From contig NC_008312.1 in the NCBI RefSeq assembly GCF_000014265.1, positions 4,050,001 to 4,082,000 on the forward strand: 32,000 bases of DNA. Reading direction: 5' to 3'. This DNA is from Trichodesmium erythraeum IMS101. GTDB taxonomy: Bacteria; Cyanobacteriota; Cyanobacteriia; Cyanobacteriales; Microcoleaceae. The translations under genes and the position numbers were made by a program. Every line of letters starts with the position of its first letter. Position 1 is the stretch's first letter. A model generated the notes under the pieces. That model was not told where the DNA came from, searched no databases, and saw only the letters and a list, made by a program, of their open reading frames with translations. This document shows positions 1 through 9,508 of the stretch, one piece after another.

Positions 1-3000
1 TCAAATATTTTTTTGTGTTTGAGCGATCGCTAAATTTAGCCATCAGCCAGGAGCTGGAAAAATTGAGGAAAAAATTTATCTCAAATAATAAAGTCGTTTC
101 TCAGCCGTCAGCTTTTTGACCGAAAATTATCAGATGAAAAATTAGGCAAAAAATTAGATAAAAAATTAGACAAAAAATTAGAAGTACTCAGCCAGATATT
201 ACGGAAAATTCTCAGATGAAAAATTAGATAAAAAATTAGGCAAAAAATCAGAAATACTCAGACAGATATTTCGGTTCAAATATTTTTTTGTGTTTGAGCG
301 ATCGCTAATTTTAGCCATCAGCTAAGAGCTGGAAAAATTGAGGAAAAAATTTATCTCAAATAATAAAGTTGTTTCTCAAGCATCAGCTTTTTGACCGAAA
401 ATTCTCAGATGAAAAATTAGATGAAAAATTAGATGAAAAATTAGATGAAAAATTAGACAAAAAAATAAAAAGTACTCAGCCAGATATTACGGAAAATTCT
501 CAGATGAAAAATTAGATAAAAATTAGGCAAAAAATCAGAAATACTCAGACAGATATTTCCGTTCAAATATTTTTTCGTGTTTGAGCGATCGCTAATTTTA
601 GCCATTAGCTAAGAGCTGGAAAAATTGAGGAAAAAATTTATCTCAAATAATAAAGCCATTTCTCAGGCATCAGCTTTTTGACCGAAAATTATCAGATGAA
701 AAATTAGGCAAAAAATTAGATAAAAAATTAGGCAAAAAACCAGAAGTACTCAGCCAGATATTACGGAAAATTCTCAGATGAAAAATTAGATAAAAAATTA
801 GATAAAAATTAGAAGTACTCAGACAGATATTTCGGTTCAAATATTTTTTTGTGTTTGAGCGATCGCTAATTTTAGCCATCAGCTAAGAGCTGGAAAAATT
901 GAGGAAAAAATTTATCTCAAATAATAAAGTTGTTTCTCAAGCATCAGCTTTTTGACCGAAAATTCTCAGATGAAAAATTAGATGAAAAATTAGATGAAAA
1001 ATTAGATGAAAAATTAGACAAAAAAATAAAAAGTACTCAGCCAGATATTACGGAAAATTCTCAGATGAAAAATTAGATAAAAATTAGGCAAAAAATCAGA
1101 AATACTCAGACAGATATTTCCGTTCAAATATTTTTTCGTGTTTGAGCGATCGCTAATTTTAGCCATTAGCTAAGAGCTGGAAAAATTGAGGAAAAAATTT
1201 ATCTCAAATAATAAAGCCATTTCTCAGGCATCAGCTTTTTGACCGAAAATTATCAGATGAAAAATTAGGCAAAAAATTAGATAAAAAATTAGGCAAAAAA
1301 CCAGAAGTACTCAGCCAGATATTACGGAAAATTCTCAGATGAAAAATTAGATAAAAAATTAGATAAAAATTAGAAGTACTCAGACAGATATTTCGGTTCA
1401 AATATTTTTTTGTGTTTGAGCGATCGCTAATTTTAGCCATCAGCCAGGAGCTGGAAAAATTAAGGAAAAAATTTATCTCAAATAATAAAGCCATTTCTCA
1501 GGCATCAGCTTTTTGACCGAAAATTATCAGATGAAAAATTAGGCAAAAAATTAGAAGTACTCAGCCAGATATTACGGAAAATTCTCAGATGAAAAATTAG
1601 ATAAAAAATTAGATAAAAATTAGAAGTACTCAGACAGATATTTCCGTTCAAATATTTTTTTGTGTTTGAGCGATCGCTAAATTTAGCCATTAGCTAAGAG
1701 CTGGAAAAATTGAGGAAAAAATTTATCTCAAATATATTAATAAGTCATTTCTCAGCCGCCAGCTTTTTGACCGAAAATTCTCAGATGAAAAATTAGGCAA
1801 AAAATTAGATAAAAAATTAGGCAAAAAACCAGAAGTACTCAGCCAGATATTACGGAAAATTCTCAGATGAAAAATTAGATAAAAATTAGAAGTACTCAGA
1901 CAGATATTTCGGTTCAAATATTTTTTTGTGTTTGAGCGATCGCTAATTTTAGCCATCAGCTAAGAGCTGGAAAAATTGAGGAAAAAATTTATCTCAAATA
2001 ATAAAGTCATTTCTCAGCCGTCAGCTTTTTGACCGAAAATTCTCAGATGAAAAATTAGGCAAAAAACCAGAAGTACTCAGACAGATATTACGGAAAATTC
2101 TCAGATGAAAAATTAGATAAAAAATTAGGCAAAAAACCAGAAATACTCAGACAGATATTTCCGTTCAAATATTTTTTTGTGTTTGAGCGATCGCTAATTT
2201 TAGCCATCAGCTAAGAGGTGGAAAAATTGAGGAAAAAATTTATCTCAAATAATAAAGTCGTTTCTCAAGCATCAGCTTTTTGACGGAAAATTCTCAGATG
2301 AAAAATTAGGCAAAAAATTAGATAAAAAATTAGGCAAAAAACCAGAAGTACTCAGCCAGATATTACGGAAAATTCTCAGATGAAAAATTAGATAAAAATT
2401 AGAAGTACTCAGACAGATATTTCGGTTCAAATATTTTTTTGTGTTTGAGCGATCGCTAATTTTAGCCATCAGCTAAGAGCTGGAAAAATTGAGGAAAAAA
2501 TTTATCTCAAATAATAAAGTCATTTCTCAGCCGTCAGCTTTTTGACCGAAAATTCTCAGATGAAAAATTAGGCAAAAAACCAGAAGTACTCAGACAGATA
2601 TTACGGAAAATTCTCAGATGAAAAATTAGATAAAAAATTAGGCAAAAAACCAGAAATACTCAGACAGATATTTCCGTTCAAATATTTTTTTGTGTTTGAG
2701 CGATCGCTAATTTTAGCCATCAGCTAAGAGGTGGAAAAATTGAGGAAAAAATTTATCTCAAATAATAAAGTCGTTTCTCAAGCATCAGCTTTTTGACGGA
2801 AAATTCTCAGATGAAAAATTAGGCAAAAAATTAGATAAAAAATTAGGCAAAAAACCAGAAGTACTCAGCCAGATATTACGGAAAATTCTCAGATGAAAAA
2901 TTAGATAAAAAATTAGGCAAAAAATCAGAAATACTCAGACAGATATTTCCGTTCAAATGTTTTTTTCGTGTTTGAGCGATCGCTAAATTTAGCCATTAGC

Positions 3001-3341
3001 TAAGAGCTGGAAAAATTGAGGAAAAAATTTATCTCAAATATATTAATAAGTCATTTCTCAGCCGCCAGCTTTTTGACGGAAAATTATCAGATAAAAAATT
3101 AGGCAAAAAATTAGATAAAAAATTAGACAAAAAAATCAAAAGTACTCAGCCAGATATTACGGAAAATTCTCAGATGAAAAATTAGATAAAAAATTAGGCA
3201 AAAAACCAGAAGTACTCAGACAGATATTTCGGTTCAAATATTTTTTCGTGTTTGAGCGATCGCTAATTTTAGCCATCAGCTAAGAGCTGGAAAAATTGAG
3301 GAAAAAATTTATCTCAAATAATAAAGTCGTTTCTCAGCCGT
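1..3341. repeat. Satellite-like nested tandem array, 13 HIP1-anchored units of 250-287 bp, truncated by the window start
   Basis: The context GTTTGAGCGATCGCTAA recurs with the HIP1 core starting at 23, 298, 585, 859, 1146, 1420, 1670, 1936, 2187, 2449, 2700, 2976 and 3256 (spacings 275/287/274/287/274/250/266/251/262/251/276/280). Each unit has a conserved head of about 105 bp plus two paralogous half-units (GAAAATTCTCAGATGAAAAATTAG...TACTCAG[A/C]CAGATATT[A/T]C[G/C]G). Half-unit length varies through 1-5 copies of a 12-13-nt microrepeat (AAAAATTAG + 3 nt). By eye 298-858 is identical to 859-1419, and 1936 to about 2400 is identical to 2449 to about 2913 (dimer-level higher-order repeats). The array ends near 3341. 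Confidence 0.95.
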
Positions 3342-3440
3342 GAAGAAATTTCATTTGGGTTGTGCTTTTTCCAGGAATTTCCTTAACTCTACAGATATTA
3401 CCTTACCACCTCAAACCATTTTTATCTGCCAAAATAAGAT

Positions 3441-3569
3441 AGTAATCAGTTTTTGATAAATGATTTACCTTTCCAAAAACCAGCAGATAATAATCAGTTT
3501 TTGATAAATGATTTTTCAATTTACCCCCCAACAGCCAGCAAATAGTAATCAGTTTTTGATAAATGATTT
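3441..3569 (+). repeat. Three iteron-like direct repeats A[G/A]TAATCAGTTTTTGATAAATGATTT
   Basis: 26-nt copies at 3441-3466, 3489-3514 and 3544-3569 (spacing 48 and 55 bp). Each is preceded by a related CCAGCA-type motif. They lie 100 bp past the end of the large array. Confidence 0.85.
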
Positions 3570-3798
3570 TTCCCATTCAGTTATTAGCTCTCAGGGCAAT
3601 AAAGGTAGGTAAGCTCAGATAAGGCAACCAAACAACTATAAGTTGCCAGTAGAGTTTGTCTGACCATTCGCCCTTATTAGGTTTTGCTGATAAGAATGTG
3701 GTTGCTCCTGAAAAATCCTATAACCCCCACCCTTAGGTTTTCCCTGCTCCTACAAAAGCCTAGATTTTTCAAAATTTTAACTGAAACCGGTCGCCCCC

Positions 3799-3827
3799 TT
3801 GACAACCCAAAAAACTTGTTGTACATT
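3799..3827 (+). promoter_or_regulatory. Near-consensus sigma70-type promoter with no credible ORF downstream
   Basis: TTGACA (3799-3804), a 17-nt spacer, then TACATT (3822-3827). The roughly 900 bp downstream on the plus strand has no convincing ORF. Confidence 0.35.
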
Positions 3828-4446
3828 AATAATACGATAACTATCTCGGGCTACTACTACATCATGATTTTTGTTTGTTTGTACATTTTTTATTGATTTA
3901 TTGCAGTTTTTTTGATTAGTGAATAAATTCTGAAAATTGCAAGTAAGATGAGATGAAAAAAAATCAGATGAACTTATATATATAGAAAATTAAAATCAGA
4001 ATGTTGCTCGAAATTAATAAAAACAGAAAGAAACTCATAAGCCTCAGCCACATTCTTAACCATAAGCCTCTGCTTTAGAAGCCAGAGTCAAACGCAAAAG
4101 AAAAAAATAGTCAGCTTTATTTATCTTTTTGCTTAGCATGAATACAAAAAGCTCTCAGGCTAACCGCTAAAGTACTTGTTAGTTCCGAGTTTTGATAGAT
4201 AAACCAATATAAAATACATTAATTATTTATTCATTTATCAGCTTTTCACCTCAAAACTATCATATTAAACATCAAAATTACTTACCCAGATATTTCGACT
4301 CAAATACAGTATATTTTAGGTAAATGATGTACAGAATAAACAGTAAAAATACCTAGTATAGGTATATTACCCGGGTAACTGTACCATTAAATAATACAAA
4401 GGGCTGTATTTTTCCATGTTCAAGCGATCGCTTCATTTCAGTCATC

Positions 4447-4495
4447 AGTTATTAGTTATTAGTTATTAGTTATTAGTTATTAGTTATTAGTTAAA
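4447..4495. repeat. Heptanucleotide STRR-like microsatellite (AGTTATT)x6 plus a partial copy
   Basis: Perfect 7-nt units from 4447 to 4488, then AGTTAAA. HIP1 sites flank it at 4424-4431 and 4503-4510 in roughly inverted contexts. Confidence 0.95.
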
Positions 4496-4787
4496 CTAGT
4501 GAGCGATCGCTCAAGATCCAATATATAAATATTGTGAGCTAAGACTTACCCATCAAACTTTAATAACCAATTTATTAAAGTAAACGAAGGGCAAGTTCAA
4601 ACTTTCCTAAAAAATAAGTCAAGCAATAGTTATATTTTTGCCTATAGACACTTATCAGACAGAATTTTTCTAGCATTAGACCATCTGACAAACCCTCCTG
4701 GGAGGAGTTAGAAAAATTAGGAGTAGGTTGCTCCGGGCTAGAAATTTGTTAGTCACGCTTAGGGATGGGCTCCTTTAGTACCACCTT

Positions 4788-5324
4788 CTAATTTCTTGCC
4801 AAGCGATCTTCCTTAGCCAAAAAAGGCTCTAAATAGACCACAGGCAACTCCCTAGAAAAATTAGAGTTTGCCAACCTTGCCTCACTATTCTGTTCAAATG
4901 TCTCATCACTGAACAAAGCATTAGTCATATCTACCAAGGCCTGATAACCATCCACACCCTGATCCAAAGTCAATAATAATGGACAATTATTACCACTTTT
5001 AAGAGTTTTCGCACAAATAACTTCCTGCAGTGGAGTATTAGGGTCTTTGCGATATTCTAGAGTATATAAACCATGCTTGCGCAAATATTCTAAGCGCCTT
5101 TCTACTTCTTCACATCGTCTAGCGGTCGTCCAACCTCCCCCCATTTTTTTGACAATACCTAACCATGGTTTTTTACCTTGATCACCGTCATACATTACAG
5201 TCCAAACTTTTGTATTATCCTGTAACTCACAAGAAAAGCGGTCTGTTTTTTTGATCAATAGAGAAGGCGACCAAACTTGCGCAAGATCAATACCAAAACC
5301 CACAATATCCATGAACAACCCCAT
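4788..5324 (-). CDS. COP23-like (circadian oscillating protein 23 family) protein
   Basis: 178-aa ORF. The pattern F-x-C ... W ... RCEEVERRLEYLRKHGL ... VICA ... NCPLLLTL matches my memory of the COP23 family signature (conserved Cys pairs, RC-x-xVS/E-x-R motif, C-x-LLxTL). The start codon is uncertain. Confidence 0.6.
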   Translation of the reverse strand: MGLFMDIVGFGIDLAQVWSPSLLIKKTDRFSCELQDNTKVWTVMYDGDQGKKPWLGIVKKMGGGWTTARRCEEVERRLEYLRKHGLYTLEYRKDPNTPLQEVICAKTLKSGNNCPLLLTLDQGVDGYQALVDMTNALFSDETFEQNSEARLANSNFSRELPVVYLEPFLAKEDRLARN

Positions 5325-5620
5325 TATAGGAATTACTACAGCTACTATTACTGCTCATATCCCTAAGATTTTTCCATTCTCTTCCATAAGTTCCTCCTTA
5401 TTTATATATAGGTATCAAGATTTTTTGAGGGAGGTGAATAGATATGGTTAATAACCCCTAATATTTTCTCCAATTTTCTATAAGGAGTTTTCGGAAAAAA
5501 GGAAAACCAGAGAAGGAGAAAGGAATATTGTTAATTATTAAATTATTAAATTATTAAAGTTATAAATTAGGTCTTGAGAGTCAGATAAGGAGATATAGGG
5601 TACTAGAGAATAAGTAGAAT

Positions 5621-5704
5621 AGTATATATGAGCACATCTTTCCTACTATATAAATAGTAGCACAAATAAATTCAAAATGGCTTGGCTTTGCAGAAATTTT
5701 TGAC
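5621..5704. repeat. Dispersed ~85-bp repeat, copy A (contains a small hairpin)
   Basis: AGTATATATGAGCACATCTTTCC-TACTAT-ATAA-ATAGTA-GCACAAATAAATTCAAAAT... aligns with 6211-6294. The hairpin arms are 5644-5649 and 5654-5659. Confidence 0.8.
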
Positions 5705-6210
5705 TAGGTGATCAGTTATTAATTACTATTAATTACAGCCCATTTAGTAGTTGATAAAATATAGTTCTTGGAAAGAGCCGACTTGAGACCTGGTTTTTAG
5801 TCAAAAGTAGCGATCGCCTATTTATCCAGAGCAAAAATAATAAAGTTTCTAACTTATACTTTAAAAGCTAGCTATTAGCAGTCAGCTCAAGTGCTTTTCC
5901 TAAGTCATGGTGAGCCAAAAGCTAATCATCTTTTTGGTGTCGGACTTTTACAGGATATTTCGGGTATGGAGGTAGAGGGTAAACAGTAAAAATTATGTAG
6001 CGACTGGGAACATTTTACTCCCGTGGGCATACCTCATAATAATGGAAAGTTTTGTAATTTTTCTTGGAAGCTAATTCCTTTTCTTAGCTGACAGATCAAT
6101 GCTTAAAGTTCTTAAACTGTAACTCAGTTATTAAACTGTAACTATTGAGTAAATATTATTACTTGAGGGGTTAATTCATGGATGCTTTGATAATTAATTA
6201 ACTTTGAAAT

Positions 6211-6294
6211 AAGTATATATGAGCGCATCTTTCCCATTATTTATATAATAGCACAAATAAATTTAAAATCAAGACTTTGGGAAAAATTTGTTTT
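6211..6294. repeat. Dispersed ~85-bp repeat, copy B
   Basis: AAGTATATATGAGCGCATCTTTCC-CATTAT-TTAT-ATAATA-GCACAAATAAATTTAAAAT... is in the same orientation as copy A. The hairpin is retained with one C:G to T:A paired change. Confidence 0.8.
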
Positions 6295-6387
6295 GGGTAT
6301 TTTGAAGATATAAATTGTATCTAACTGAAGTGCGAAAGGGAAAGATAATTAGACTAGAAAAATATGCCCAGATATCCTTAAAAGCTG

Positions 6388-7014
6388 CTAATTTGAAGTA
6401 AGAAAATTTTTAATTAATTTAATTCCACCTTTAACAACCTCATAACCAAATATCAGAATTAGACCGCTTAAAATTGCACCCATTAAACAGAGTACCAAAC
6501 CAACCAGACTAATAAAACCATCATCATCTAACAAACCAAAGCCAGTAACAAAAATCCCGATCGCTGGTAAAGTATTAGTACCAGGAATAGGTATCATCAT
6601 TGAGATAGCCATAAGAGCGATCGCGCAACCAACCACAATTCTACCAATAATACTCGTACAAATATAACTCAAACGAGGACGAGATATCAACTCAATTTTC
6701 CGTAACCAAGGAATACCAGAGTTCAAAATTCCTTGTACTTTCTGAAGAGAAATTGTATTATTTAACCAACTCTGAGGTAACCAGGGAGTTGTAGAACCAA
6801 TTATTAGTTGAACTGCCAATAAAAACAATAAAATTCCAAATGGAATAGAATAACCAGGAGCAGGTATAGGCAAAGCTGAAGGTAGAGACAAAATTACGAA
6901 TAAAAAGCCAAAAATTCTCTCTCCTGCTAAATCAATAATATCTCTCAAAGTAACTTGAGGAGTTCGTTTTTCATCAAAAAAATATTGTTGTAATTCTACA
7001 GATAATTTAGCCAC
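6388..7014 (-). CDS. exoD: ExoD-family exopolysaccharide synthesis membrane protein
   Basis: 208-aa ORF with a GTG start. The segment GERIFGFLFVILSLPSALPIPAPGYSIPFGILLFLLAVQLIIG...PWLP is typical of the ExoD family. Several TM helices are present. Confidence 0.75.
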   Translation of the reverse strand: MAKLSVELQQYFFDEKRTPQVTLRDIIDLAGERIFGFLFVILSLPSALPIPAPGYSIPFGILLFLLAVQLIIGSTTPWLPQSWLNNTISLQKVQGILNSGIPWLRKIELISRPRLSYICTSIIGRIVVGCAIALMAISMMIPIPGTNTLPAIGIFVTGFGLLDDDGFISLVGLVLCLMGAILSGLILIFGYEVVKGGIKLIKNFLTSN

Positions 7015-7295
7015 TGATTTATAACTTTAAAAATTAAGATATATCCGGTTAAAACTCCATTATAAACCAGATGCTTTTTGATATTTTTACTTAAAATAAA
7101 TAATAATTGTTATTTTTGCGAGACTATAAGCCAGATAATTTTTCGGTCTTATTACTTGAAATAAATAATAAACATTGCTCTTACCCTAATACAAACAACA
7201 TTTTTTTTCTCTTAATATTGGTTATTTATTGAAATCAATAAAACAAGAGACTATTCCCCTAATAAAAATAAAGCAAATGAATAATAATTAATATT

Positions 7296-7323
7296 AATGG
7301 GGGAATTAAATAAAACCCCCATT
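7296..7323 (-). terminator. Candidate intrinsic terminator downstream of ahcY
   Basis: Inverted repeat AATGGGGG (7296-7303) / CCCCCATT (7316-7323) with a 12-nt loop, about 90 bp after the ahcY stop. On the minus strand it is followed by an AT-rich, T-containing tract rather than a clean U-run. Confidence 0.4.
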
Positions 7324-7413
7324 ATATATCCTAAGTAACCTTCAGAAGCTAATAGTTCGTCAGCAAATACTAAGTACTAGTTCAAGCCAATTATTACTTC
7401 TGAAAAGAAACAA

Positions 7414-8691
<1,278 letters not shown>

Positions 8692-9339
8692 TTAGCTACT
8701 TCCTTATAGATCATGATTTTACTTAGCTTAACTAATTTTTTATAATTTTGCAAATCTTTATCAGGAGTGTTAATACGACAAAATTTATTTTGACATTCAT
8801 ACCAATATGTGTTATGTGTATATTTTTTAAATAATTAGGATTAATTAGGAATAAACCCACAAACTTTGTTTTTTTTTCTATATATCTAAAAAAATATAGA
8901 ATTTATTGTAAAAAGCTGGTTCACGGGTGCTTTCGGTGAAAATATAGGATTTAAATATAGAATTGGTGATGAAAGCTAGGAGCTTCTCACGCCTTTGAAA
9001 TTTAGTCAGAGTAAAATTTAACTTCAAAGTTAAGACTTCGTACCTTATGACTGGAATTATGTACACATTTCAGGTTTATGAGGCATGCCCAGGGGGAGAA
9101 GATGCCTATACTAGATGGTTTTCCCAAAATTAACTGTAGAAAGGGATCGAAGTTGTTCAGATTTGACTTGTAACCAAACTAGCATTAGAAAATATTTCTT
9201 TTTTTATGCATAACAATTGAGTCAAATAAACGAAACACAAAAATTTTTCGGCTTTTTTTTTAATAGATCCTAAATGATATCAAGTGTAATTATAGGGGTT
9301 TTCAGAAAGATGGAATGCACTTTTTTCAACAAAAACCCT

Positions 9340-9366
9340 TGTAGGGAGTTTCAGACAACGTCCCTA
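9340..9366 (-). terminator. Candidate intrinsic terminator downstream of the orthocaspase-like gene
   Basis: GTAGGGA (9340-9346) / TCCCTAC (9360-9366) with a 13-nt loop. On the minus strand the stem is followed by AAGGGTTTTTGTTG. It lies about 145 bp after the stop at 9509. Confidence 0.4.
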
Positions 9367-9508
9367 CTGTGGTATACTTAAGTAAAAACTGCTATACAAT
9401 ACTTTTCTCATAGCAATTGCTTTCAAATCCCAGTTTTCTAAGAAAAAGCCAGGAAAATTTATAAATATTTGCAGTCTAAATAGGTAGTGCTATATTAATA
9501 TTTTCTAG

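Noticed and set aside
670-2469. Minus-strand ORFs of 61-87 aa inside the tandem array (670-879, 1231-1494, 1505-1690, 1723-1956, 2272-2469), all starting MAK[I/F]SDRSNTKKYLN.
   Set aside because: They exist in only some of the 13 units, because the microrepeats vary between 12 and 13 nt and break the frame. The peptides are low-complexity (LIFYLIFHL, NFLSNFLPNF), and I saw no RBS. They are best explained as by-products of an AT-rich repeat.
1-3341. CRISPR array or replication-origin (DnaA-box cluster) interpretation of the tandem array.
   Set aside because: There are no unique spacers between constant repeats, since everything is repeated, and no cas genes. The CTGGAAAAA and GGTGGAAAA motifs only loosely resemble the DnaA box TGTGGAAAA/TTATCCACA, and no dnaA or dnaN is nearby. 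I cannot support either reading.
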